A DNA stretch of 64,000 nucleotides, from positions 62,001 to 126,000 of the forward strand of contig JAHLWZ010000790.1 of the NCBI GenBank assembly GCA_020536535.1. Direction: 5' to 3'. This stretch comes from Pelomyxa schiedti. Its lineage: Eukaryota; Protista; Evosea. Under the pieces are notes generated by a model. That model was not told where the DNA came from. It searched no databases and saw only the letters and a list, made by a program, of their open reading frames with translations. Each line of letters starts with the position of its first letter. The stretch's first letter is position 1. This document shows positions 48,301 through 60,500 of the stretch, in pieces. The position numbers and the translations under genes were made by a program.

Positions 48301-50181
48301 TACTATGATAAATCAGAGTGGAGTGAATGAAAATAAATTCTGAGTTGTACCAGGTGACGTTCGCCTGTAGTACTGCCAAGCTGTATGAGTTACTTTCAAG
48401 TTCAATTTATCTGGCTCTCCCAGGATATAGCAATTTGAAGGAAGTTCGTAGACTGGGATTTTGCCTGTGTAGTGATTTGGGTCTCTCACAACATTTATAA
48501 CTCTGGTTTCATGAGGGGAAAAAAAAACTGTAAGGAAGTTACTGTTTTGTTTTGTAACAACGACTTGAATCACCCTTCAATACTTCCATAAGCAAATCCC
48601 ATCGGTCAAATTCAGTTTTTTGTTTTCCAATACGGCTGAAGTACGAGTAGGCTTTGTTTTTTTTTTTTTTTCATGATAAGTTATTTCCATAAAAAAACTA
48701 AAAAAAAAAAACCAGATTGTATGGCCTCCTTGCCCACAACTAGAGGCATCAAATACCGATAGAGATATTTGCAAGATTGAGCTAGCGCGGAAAGAGATTT
48801 TTTCTTTGTGGAAAGATATGTGTTGAAAATTTTGTAAAGAATTTCTTCAGGGAGGTCAGAGAAAAGACCTATCTGATCAGGATCCCCAACCCAATGGGAT
48901 TCTGATGCACCTTTGGTAGGGTTGGTTATTTCAGGAATCAAAAGATAAGTTCATACTGAAAAAGCCTGAGCCGAATGACTCATTGATGACCTTTTCATAG
49001 TGAATTTTTCGCAGTAGATTGTATCGAATAACCTACCCTCACAAGGGTATCAATAGAATAAGCAGAGGCAAGTGCGCAAAGTCGATGAGCAGCCTCTTTT
49101 CCTTTAATTTCGACTTGACCTGAGAAGATAAGAACAAAAAAAGTAAAGTGTGCAACCTGTGTAAATAAAATCGAGCATTGAGCGGAACGCAGCAACATCT
49201 CCCCCTACTTTTATTTTCGATATTTTTTTTGCATGCAGCCTTGTGGATTCAAACATCATGGCAAAATGCATTGAACGAGCACTAGCAAGAGATTTTGTGT
49301 CAAAACAATGTAAGAGCAAAAAAAAAAAAAACCTCAAAATGAAGCTATGGGCAAGTATTGTATGTGTTGAGTCGGTAAAAGTGAAGCAGACATCAGGTAG
49401 GAAAACAGGGTTATCCAGAAGTGTGGAAAGAGAGGCAGTCAGGTCGAAATTCGAAAAAGAACCCTTTAAGAGTGGAGGGTCAGAACTCATGGAAGCAGTA
49501 GGTGAAAGCTTTCACCAGTAAAGAAATGGGTTCGTAAACAAAAGGTTTCGTGCCGAAGTTGACACCAAGTTCTCCCACATTCTTAGTTAATGTAATGGCT
49601 GGGTAATATCTCTGTGAGGGAAGGAGAGGATAAGCTCCTTGGGGAGATTGTGAGAGTTTGGTTGGAAAGTGTGAGAACTTACGAAGAGGTATGCCCTTTA
49701 CAACAAAGAATACAAATTGTTGTTGATGGTCAACCATACACCCTAAAACATCTCCATCTGAGAGAGCTGTTCCGTAGGGAATGCCTTTATGGGAATTGTG
49801 CAACAAATTTCCGTTTCTTCCCCTATAACCAATCCCATATCGTGTCCAGCCAAGAACCCCCCCAGTGCACTCGGCTGTACAGATTCCAGCAATAAGCTGG
49901 TGACTGGTAATGGCAATCAATTATCAATGGGAAAACTGCATCGGGAGCACACCACTCTTTTTTCACAGTGAGTTCGAAATAAAAGCAATTCCGCGGCAGC
50001 CTTGTGCGCCTGGGAATCATCGTACTACTGCGCACGAAAAAAGGCGCCCCGGGGTAAGCTACAGTGCGTAACGCGAATGAGAAAACGAGAGATGGAGCCG
50101 TATGTATATAAACAAACTGTATTTCAGCTCGCCATTCGGGAACACTGACGCAGTGAAACTCGGCAACGATTCATCTTCCAT
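45360..50181 (-). CDS. Multidomain ubiquitin-system adaptor: SPRY - BTB - F-box - (split) BTB with UBA and RING-like insert - BACK-like - FYVE-like zinc finger
   Basis: FYFELTV, GDVLGC, VNFGTKPF (SPRY); DVCFTF..AHSFIL..ARS..FRSMLDFIYTG (BTB); FSDLPEEILYKIF (F-box); LTQLGFP..AVDWLL (UBA); CSDCNTKFSFTRHK..CDLCHKNICKHC..KVCRRC (FYVE-like). Confidence 0.75.
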
Positions 50182-50271
50182 AACCCACCGTTGTTCGGTT
50201 TGTTTGAGTTTTTATTGCTTTTTCAGAAAAACTGTGAAAGGAGGTTTTTTTTTCTTCTTTCAATGTGACAA

Positions 50272-51722
50272 ATGCCACGAGCGCAGGGGAATGCTGTCAA
50301 AGGGCAAAGAAAAGAAGACCCCTTATACTGTGCTCAGATCTAAGTCATTCATTGTTTTAAACATACAAACACAACGTCAACAAGGGCCGGCATGCAACAC
50401 CACAAGGTGACACTCGATGAATGTGACACCATTTCACGAAGGCACACTGCCAGCGAATTGAGCAAGCTAGAAAATGATTTCCTCACTTCGCCTACTGCTT
50501 TTGTGCGTTTGCCCGAGCCATCCTGATCTTTCTTCGGCTCTCTTTATTGAGACATCTGTATTTTGCAGGAGAAGTGTGTCAGGCTACACTTGAGCCTCTA
50601 CGAATTTGAAACACGTGGTGATGCCGTTCACATGGTGATCGCTACTGTTGCATTTGTCGTTGTGCTATTGCTTCTTTCCGCCGCTGACAAGAACTACAAC
50701 ATGCTCCTCGTTGAGTTCTATCAGCCCTCTGCTTTGCCAGCAACGATTGTGTACTTGTACAAAATAGCCAGCAATGTAGAGGGCATTATTTTCATGGCTG
50801 GTGAGACTCCCCGCATTTTTAGCCCTCTACTCATTCGTCAAGGACTAACTGTGTTTACTGTGTGGATCTCTATTTGGATGAATTGTATGCGAGCAAAAGC
50901 TAGAAATCTTATCTTCTCTGTGGAGAAACACACCTTTTTGGTAAACTCATAAAATACGGGTTCAACCTCAACAAGTTTTAGGAGCTCATGGAAGTTATCT
51001 CCAATTACTTGACCTGGGTAGTAATTTCATACATCGCCATTGTAACAAATGCCAAAATCACGAGCGTTGAAGGTGACCCCAGTAAAGTGGCCGCCTTCCT
51101 TGCTGTTGTGCGGCACAACATAGTATGGGATGTAGTACTGAGCAGCAATGCTCTTGTTGTTCTTATCCCTGCACACTTATTTGGATTGGAGTACACTATG
51201 ATTTGCCATACACTTTCTGTGTTACTTATCATGTACACTGCCTTCGTTTTGTGGGATACTTCCACAAGCTGCTTCTCTTTTTTGAAAAAGCCTAAAGCTC
51301 TATGTACTTCTCTTGTGGTACCGGCAGACCACATATGGCAGCAAAAACTGTGCAGTATGCTATTTATTTGGCTTTATTTACAGCAAGCTCATCTCAGATT
51401 ATAGGACATGAATATCTTCATTCGGCTACAGCAATAATCACATTGTTTTTCTACTTGGTGGCTCTTTCTCTGGTCGGCATTTTGTCCCGCGGTAAGTAAA
51501 TCTTCAATAAATACCACCAATGGCTACTCACGTGAATTGCCAGGTACCGCCACTGACCAGATCCCTCTTGTACTCTATGAAGGTTTTGCGGCTGTAATTT
51601 ATGGGCTTCAGATCATCCGAAGGCTCCTAGATGTTAAGCTCCGACCCACACCACCAAGACTACCAAAGGACCCACCCATAGAACCAGACTTTGACAGGCA
51701 GTTTGACTACCCTAAGCACTAA
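50272..51722 (+). CDS. Multi-pass membrane protein, family unassigned
   Basis: Successive spliced exons with many hydrophobic helices; terminal exon ends ...DFDRQFDYPKH. Confidence 0.65.
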
Positions 51723-51775
51723 AGGACCTTTTTGTGAATAAAACAATTGTAAAGAGAGAAACTACTGAACTACTT

Positions 51776-54363
51776 TCACGTTCTTTTTTGTGGGTTCATG
51801 AAAAACTGTGCCCAGTCCTCTTGGTGACCAAAAAGTTCCAGTAACTGTTGTTGAGAAAACAAAAGTGAATGTGTGAGAGAATGGGAAAGGGAAGAACAAC
51901 CTCAAGGTCAGTGATAAGGGGTGGGTTAGACTCATAGAGTAGCTTTGCAAGTGCCGCAGCACCAACCAAGTTTGATTCTAACATCGACTGGATTGTGGAT
52001 ACCCAGCCTGGATCGATGCCAAAAAGTACGCACACTCTGACAAGACCCTGATAGTCTCCAAGTTTAAATAGGGATTCATAAATCTGGTACGGGATTAGCA
52101 TTTTGTTGGGATGCAGAAGCCAAACCTTATCAATTGAATGCACATGTAGGAAGCAATGAAGTGCTAGATCGTAATGACCAGAGGCAAGTAAGGCATCCCC
52201 AAGTCCAACTGATTTTTCTAACTTTTATTTTTTGTGGGGTTTCAGTGTTCTGGCAAAAAACCAAAGGAGAGCAACCTTTCCTTTTAAAATGGCTTCCCGT
52301 AGTAAAGTAGCAGACGAAAAGTCACCAAATTTTGCATTCATATTTGCAAATGCAATACTCTCTTGCTTGTTAAGTTTTCCTGATCGGAGAAGGAACTTCA
52401 AGTAGTCAAAGAAAGGGTTTGAGCCAGTCTGGTGGGCTGCGGCAAATTTTTCGATCAAAGGAAGGGCTGAGACCCTCAATGGGGAATCCTATTTTGACAC
52501 AAGAGGGAAAGGGGATTCACAACAAGGAGGGTAAAATCTCACAGTTCAACCAAAGGGTGCGATCCTAAAATACGATAGGCCAGCAGGGCATTTGGAGTAG
52601 TTCCAAATAAAAGCTCCTGAAATTTGACCAAGGTCTGCTCAGTAGAAGTAGCCATTGATATCTCTGTTGCGACTTGCTCCTAGAAAGTATGAATGGCCAA
52701 AACAATCAAAAGTGTTCAACCTCCCAGTGTTGGGTTGCATATTGTTGGAAAGTGTACCGCTTTTCATCCAAAGTCATGGACGAGAAAGTGGGGATTGCAC
52801 ACAAATCAACAGCAGGCTTTCGTGCAAGATCGTTCCAGTGTACGTTGTTATCCATCATGCTTCCTAAAAAGTTGGAATCGGTGAATGCATGGTGTAGCAT
52901 AAGTGACTGGATACTAGGTCCTTTTAAACCCCCTTTAAACGGTTATTTGAAGTGAAATGCTAGAAGTGAATGAACCATAGGGTACTCCCAGTACTTGCAC
53001 CCTTTCAAGACAGGTGTAATACAACATGTCATTGTCCTGCGTCTTTTTTTGATTGTTGGGTTTTCCCACCACAGAAAACGTAGGATACTTGATAACGTCC
53101 TCTTAAGAGTAATCTTATGTACCCACCAAAAACAAGTGTTTGGGAAATATTCAGTGTATAAACGCCTGGAAGCTGTGAGATAGAGGGTATTGTATAATTG
53201 CATGTACAGTCTGTGTTCTGTATAGGGAATTCCTTTGAAGTGAACTTCCACTCAGTAGGGGAGACACCAACTGAAACAACAACGCTCTTAGGGGCATAAA
53301 TGGGCATTCTAGTATATATCAGTTTAGATTCTGTGACTTTTGAGAAAAAATACCCTCTTTGATACACTGCCTTGTATGGCAAAATTTTAATTTCGTGAAT
53401 GATGCACAGAGGTTGAATGAGACGGTAAATAAGCCATTCACTGCAAGTAGGATTAGTGGGAAACAGCTATATAGCAGAGCAAAGAATCAAGCATCACCCG
53501 CTTTCAGGATCAGGGGATCCTTTTGAACTCCAAAAGGTGTCATCTCTGCTACAAACTTCATCAGAAGGAATTGGCTAAGAGGAGTAGCCACTTTTCAAGT
53601 GTTTCCTTAATATCCTGTTCAGGGCAGTCCACAGAGGAGCACGCAATGCCTTCTGCAGCAACATCCATCTTGTCACAGTCAAATCATTGGGAAAACCCAA
53701 GTCAGCCATGACAACTTAAATACCAAACATAGGGACCTAGCCAACACATGCAAGTCTCGAAATATATCCTTCTTTTTGGTAGCATTCGCCACGTCACCAA
53801 GCTTCTGCACACCAAAAATTTCAAGGCATCGCAGTTGCAAGTTCCACAACACGTCACTGTCAGCAACTCTTCTCAATGCCTTGGGTGCATGCAAAGGTGA
53901 GGTTTTTTTGTTGGTGTGTCTGGAAAATGGACCAACGGGGCTCTTACTCTGCATGTTTGGGCAACATTTGCGATGTCTTTGCACTGCAACACCGACAAGA
54001 TCTGAACCAGCAAGTCGAACGAAAGATCCAACAGGCACGACTCGCTCATCACCCCAATCTTTGCCAGCGAAAAAAAATGATGATGGGTTTGATCACCAGC
54101 CATTCTGGAGGCCGATGTCGCATCCGAAATGTCACAGATCCAGAGACAGGGGGAAAACGCCCACAACCCCCGAGCAAGGAATAGATCTTGACAGCATAGG
54201 GGGAAGGAGATAACCCACACAAGTTGATGTTGCAACTTGCGGGTGACGCGAAGTCAAATGATTTGCACCTCCCGGTGACAAATGGGGCACAAGATGGCAC
54301 CATATTTAGCCACTGTGGTGGAAATGCCACTTGCCAAAAAGAATTCCCTGAGCGGAATTCCAT
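51776..54363 (-). CDS. F-box protein with a C-terminal clathrin heavy-chain linker-like region
   Basis: LLDLSFDLLVQILSVL..VAQTCR..SDVLW (F-box); NPFFDYLKFLLRSGKLNKQESI..LGDAL..LALHCFL..DPGWV resembles the clathrin H-link [31 protein letters not shown]..TPDW. Confidence 0.72.
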
Positions 54364-54446
54364 TTCCTTCCATTCGTTAAATTGCTAGTGAACTCGCGGT
54401 AGACAACCGTTGTGCACTGCGCACGTGGGTCCCAGAGTCACCCATA

Positions 54447-56214
54447 ATGCGGTCAGATGGCCCCCCGACCACAACACCAGCAACTGGCACTTCTTCGCGG
54501 GTCACAACCCCGCAGCACCAGCTGCAACAACAAACTCTCCCACAATGCACTTCCCCACCGCCTCTTGCCCTCAACGCACCAGCCCGCACATCTTTGCCAC
54601 CGCCGTTTGAGCCGACACATATTACACATATAACACAAATGCCATCACTGTCGCAACTGCAGAGGCAAATGCAACTGCAACAGCACACTCTCCCTCCCCC
54701 ATCTTCTCTCCCTTTCCTTCCTTTACAGGACGTTCCACGTCCAATACTTCAACCTCTTTCACCTTCACCTTCACCCTCTCCCTCACCCTCTCCCTCACCC
54801 TCACCTTCACCTCCACCTTCACCTCAAACTCAAACACAGACACAAACACAAACTCAAACACAGACTCAAACTCCAGCACAAACACAAACTCAGACTCAGA
54901 CTCCACATCGACCTCGGCAGCGTTCATATCAGCGCAGGCATCACAGTCATAATAACAATCAGTTGCAACTTCCGCAGCAACCACGTCGACAACAAACAGT
55001 GGCTCTGCCTGGCACACCCACAATTGGGAACCCTGTCGTTATTATTCTTTCCGCTTACAAGATATTCAGAAACCAATCCTTTACAGTGTGTTGGAACCTC
55101 TTCTCTTATATCTTTTACCAACCCGTCGACTCTCCCTCAGTCATTACTTATATCTCGTTTATTACTGTTATTTGTTAATGAAGTTGTACTATCAATAGAT
55201 CTCCATAGTCTTTCTGCGAGGGTGGAGGGTGGAGCATGGCATAACTGACGAAGACGTGAACAGATGCGGCACAAATGCTGTGTGTTGTCCACCTGATTCA
55301 AATGGTCTTAAATTCAATCCAATCACTGGAAACTACACTACAACCACAAAAATAATTCACTGGAAACCCCAAGAAGCCCTTACAACATAAAAGAGCTCCT
55401 TTTGTGCTCTCGATGTTCCACAGTCAAAGTACCACTCATAACAGTGGGCTCCACTGGGCCTGTTGTTCCGTATCTCATGGATGATGACTCGGAGATTTTT
55501 TCTTTCGATATGTGCAGATCAAACTGCAGCTCATCCAGGTTCTTTTCTCATTCGCATTGCATTTTTCCTTTCTAGTAAAAAAAAAAAAAAAATAACCCTA
55601 AATCACAAAGAGATCATATCAACTCGAGCATCACACTCCAAGTGAAAGGTCTTTGCTTTCCCCCTCCAAGGTCTGCTACATTCGATCTACTTTCACGCCT
55701 GCATAAAACCAAATGTGAGTCTCCCGCCCCCTACTATTCCTTTGGCTCACACCATCCAGTCTTTTCACAACGGAAAGCCCAACAACAAAAAAGTAGCAAA
55801 CCCTCTCAATCACGCGCTCACCAAAATGAGCATTCCACAACAACTCCCAGTGCGGGAATTTTGGTTCCACCCCCACCTCTTCCAACAACGACTACCTCTA
55901 GTACATCACGCACATCATCATCTTCACGAAAACGCCCGCCAACAACCCCGGTACTTACTGATTCTCTACATTCCACACTAACAGGTTTTCCACAACAGCT
56001 CGATCCCAATGGTGCGCGGGTGCAGTCCGAATCCACACCCATCACAATTCCAATCCCAGTATCTGCCCGGCGATCCACAACACACAGGACAATTCCACCA
56101 ATTCAACATCTACTACCGCAAATACAAACTCCGGCACTACCCCCACGAACGCAAACACCAACTCAAAATCAAAACAACAATCAAACTCCAACACCAACAC
56201 AAAACCCTCCCTAG
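54447..56214 (+). CDS. Q/P/T-rich protein with a central Cys/His domain; possible transcription factor
   Basis: Low-complexity termini; spliced core with LLCSRC...FSFDMCRSNCSSSR|DHINS...SATFDLLSR. Confidence 0.55.
54758..54903 (+). repeat. Coding hexamer repeats (SP)n and (QT)n
   Basis: tcacc(t/c) units followed by ca(a/g)ac(a/t) units. Confidence 0.85.
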
Positions 56215-56391
56215 TGGCAAGTGTCACAGAGATGATGGTATCCTTCTATTCATACGACTCTACTATCTTGTAAAAAAAAAAAGAAAAGAAAAAAGCATTT
56301 TTTTCAAAAAGTGCTAAATTGACTTGGTATAATACAGTACAAAATTGTGATACAGACATGAGGAACCCCAGGTTCCAGTAGCTATGCTATG

Positions 56392-57267
56392 TTACAAAGA
56401 GGTGCTCCTTTCCCCTCCAGGTTGGTCTGGTCCCACAATTGGTTGCTGCTGCGCTGACGGCTGTGGAATTGCAGCCGACGCCATGGTGTTGGTGTTATTG
56501 TGGTTGTTGTTCATGGCCCTTAGTTTCTCCCAGAAGTGTTTTCTCGCTTCCCTCTGGGCTTCCCTCTGGAGCTTGAGTAACTTTCCGTATTTCTGCAACT
56601 GATTCGCGAATCCCATATTCGGAAATACAATAGGCCTCTCGCTTTGAACACAGCGGAGTGCTGGCAGGAAGTCCATAGAGAGGGCCTGCATCACATATGC
56701 AATTACTATGGATGCACTGCGGCTCATTCCCCACACACAGTGCACTAGGACGGTTCCCCCCTCAGCTCTTGCTTTGTGAATGAATTCCACCCCCGCTGCA
56801 AAGTGTTGTGACAAATCTGCGGTGGTATCATCTGGAATGCTGTGGTGGAGTAAGTTAGGTATCCAAAGAGAATAGGGGAAAGAAAAACAAGCATACTGTA
56901 TGTGGCTGAGGGAAATGTCAGCACTGAAGTGGGACACATGGTCTTCAATATCATCTATTTCCATGACTGAGAGAACATGAGTGACGCCGAGTTGTTTCAG
57001 TGTCTAACCACAAGGGTAAGTACAGTTGTTGTGACAGTGATTGTTTAAGCCACCGCGCGAAAAAAGAAGAAGAAGAGACAAATGCAATACCTCGGAGTCA
57101 TAGGCATTGCGTTCATCACCAAGAAAAAGCCCCTGCATTATCTTATCTGGTGACGACCTTCTCCTTGGCGACCACCTGCCATCCTCCCCAGACCACGTGA
57201 AATTCTCTGCAAACTGCTTTGGTGCCAACATTTCTAGTGTCACTTCGCTCTCCCCGTTATGTGACAT
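56392..57267 (-). CDS. Dual-specificity protein phosphatase
   Basis: GLFLGD, LGVTHVLSV, VLVHCVWGMSRSASIVIAYVM and RPIVFPNMGFANQL. Confidence 0.92.
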
Positions 57268-57551
57268 GGGTGTTGTGGACAGGTGACCAAGTACCCGTAT
57301 TTGTTTATTTATTTTGTGTGGTCTGTGAGGTTTTTAGGTGGCGAATGGAACTGACGAATAACCAAAAAAAGACAACGCCGAAAGTTGAGTTCGCGAAAAC
57401 GAGGTTCCGGTTTTCAGTGAGATCTCTCCATGGAGAAAATCAACTCGATGGGGTGATCAACGATATTGTCATCGGGAGAATCCCGATTTTTCCGCGGATT
57501 GGAAAATTCCGTTTCTGTAATCGGAAAATACAACACTTGCTTTCTTTTAAT

Positions 57552-60500
57552 TTAAGAGTTGGTTTGTGTTGGTGTTGGTGTGGATGTAGGTGTTGGCTCT
57601 GGTGTTGTTATTGCTGGGGAATTTGAGTGAGATAGTGTTGGTGATGGGGAGTTGGTGGCACCAAAGCTTGGCCTTCGCTTGAGAACACTTCTGAAATCGG
57701 TTATTGGGGGTGTGTTGGTGATTGGTGGAAGTTCGGTTTTGGATGGTGCCTTCTTGAGTGCGACTCGTTTGGTTGATATTGTGTGATCTGCAGTAGGTGA
57801 CACAGAGATTTCCGTGTCAAAGGACTTGGATTTTGTCTTGGTGTCGCCTGGATAGGAAACGCAACCGAGCCGGTGTTAGAACGGAATAGAAAGGAACTTA
57901 GTGGGATGTACCTGGCGTTTTTATAGGTTCGGTGGCACTCCCGTCTTTGGCTGCGTTTCCGGTGGCGCTGGAAACTGCAGGTGAAGATGTTGATTGGGGT
58001 AAAGAATTTGTGGAGTGGGAAAGAGCTTTGCGCTGTTTAAGAGCAGCAAGTGGATCACGAGGTGCGGTACTGGCGTTGGGGTTGGTAGCCTGCATGGGAT
58101 TCCAGATTCCCGGTTTCACTTCTCTCACAATGGAGGCCATTGTAGGCTTCGTGGGTGCTGTGGTTGGCTTAAGAGTAGGTGATGGCACCTTTGCAGGGAT
58201 ATGTGCATGTGTAGTATTATCTTTTGGCGGCGGCGGTGTTGCTGCTGTTTCTGGTACTTCATGAGGTTTTGGTGTTGCTGTAATGTTGGAAGATGCGGGT
58301 GGTAAGTTGGACGTACTCTGGCTTTTGATATTTCCTTGGGATACAGAGCGTAATTTAACTTTAGAGAGATCCACCGGTCCATTAACCATTGAGACACCAG
58401 TTATTGGTCGCTTGACACTGGGAGCGGGACTTTCTGACTGCGGGGGAGATGATTCTGTCGATGTAGAGGGAGAACTTGTTGCCTCAGGCTGCACTGTTTC
58501 TTCCGCACCAGCCATGTTTATTTCCTTTGTTTAAATGTCAGATGAAACTTAGGAAAAAAAACCTTACTGTTGGGGAAAAGGAGCCCGATAATCGGGAGGC
58601 TTTGTAGGTACTAAAACGTTTTTGATTCTTGGGTCGTGGAGCACGCCCAAGAGTTAACTACAAATAGATGAGTGCCAATGATATTATTAGTAATGTGCAA
58701 TTTTGGTGGTAATACATGTCTAAGTTTCTTCCAATTATCAGGGATATCTGAATCTTGTGCCTCTTCGGTTTCTGGTGTGTTTTCACTGTCTGCGTCGTTG
58801 TGTGTGCTGTCTACAGAGTTACTGCTTGCATTGGACGCCTCAGCATTCCCCAATGGCTTTTCTAATTCGATAGTGGAGTTGGAAACCTCTTTCTGTGCCA
58901 ATTGGAGATTTGGTTCAACGGCCTCTGTTGGTAACTCTGGCACATTCGAACTGATAGTAGGCTGAGAATCACTCTTAGAATCCGTTTCTGCAGACTCTGC
59001 TTTCCTTGGCTCTACCTCAGTTGGTTGCACAACAGACGGTTGTGGAACGGGTAAATCACTTGGTTTTTCACTGGATACCCCAAGCTCTTCTTGCTTGACT
59101 GGAGCAAGTAGTACAGTTTGGTTTATACTTTCGAGAACAACTTCGGTTTCTTTAGCAGGTGCTGTTTCAGACTCCTTTGGTATGACAGTTTCTGTATTGG
59201 ATTCAGTGCCTAGTACAGATTCTGGTTCCTGTTTGGTAACCAGGGGCATTACTGTAGAAGTTGTACTCAATTCAGGTTCTGGAGTGTGAGTTGCTTGCTG
59301 TTCACTGGCTTCTGCCTCTTTTACTGGAGCTGTTTCTGGCGTTAGAGAAATCGTTGATATCGGTTCCTTTAGAGAGTCGGTTACAGAGTTTTGAGTGGGA
59401 GCTACACTCTCCTTGTCAGAGAGGCTCTCAGAAGTGTTTGATACAGGTTCTGCTTCAGAAGTACAGATTACGTCAGGCTCTTGATTGGATGTAAGGTTCC
59501 CTTCAGCAGTAGATACCACTTCCAGTTCTTTGTTTGAAATCACTTCTTTCCCAACCGAGTCTTGGATAGCTTCTATTTTTTCAGAGGCCACTGCAGTCTC
59601 TGTAGTAGGGGCTTCTTTGCTTACAATTTCGGGTTCAGGAACTGAGGCCACATCTTGCCTTTCGACCTGCGTTGCCTCTTGATCTTTAACGATGTCTACT
59701 TCCTGTAAGGACTCCTTTTCTGGTTCTGGCACTTTCTTCTCCACAACCAGTTCTGTTTCCCTAGGTGCAGGTAATTCTTGGGATAAAATTTCTGGTGCTG
59801 TTTCCTTTATTTCTTGTGCTGCTTCCTTTATTTCTGGTGCTGCTTCCTTTATTTCTGGTGCTGCTTCCTTTGAGCTCGTTTCTGGATCCAGTTTAGGGAC
59901 AGTACTCAGTTCTTGGGGAGTCTCTTTTGCAAATGCCTCAGGTGTTACCTGGGCAGTCAAAGAAAGGTCTTGTGCAATTTCCTTAGTTGTGAGCATTTCT
60001 GAATTGTTTTCTTTGACAGGCTCAAGTTGTGGGGATTGCTCAGCAATGGGTTCTGGGTTCTCGGAAGGTACAATGGAAACTTTTTCTGTAATAAGTTCGA
60101 CAGATTCCACATGGTGGACGACTTCCATGTTTGGCTCTTTGGGGGTACAGTTCGGTTCAGCGTGATTTGGTACTTGCTCGATATCAGATACATGTTCCTT
60201 TTCCAAAGTAGCCTGTGGCTCTGTAACAGAAGGAATTTGTTGGTCTTCTGGGCATGGCTTTGGTTCCTCGAGATGGGCTTGCTCTTTCATGTCAACGTTT
60301 GGCTCTGGAGTTCTAGTATGTACCTCCTCAGGAGTATTTCGGGAAAGCAGTTCGGCACCTATAGATAGCACCGAGATAGTCTCCGGTTTTGTTGGTTCTG
60401 GCGTTTCTATGGCACCCACATCAATGTGAGACTTGGGGGGAAGCTCCACTGTGGTTGGTACTGCCAAAATCTCCTCAGGTTGGACCTCATTCTGCGATAC

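Noticed and set aside
54758-59870. CRISPR-like or transposon repeats
   Set aside because: The repeats are in-frame coding micro/minisatellites without spacers, and no transposase or reverse-transcriptase motifs were seen in the window.
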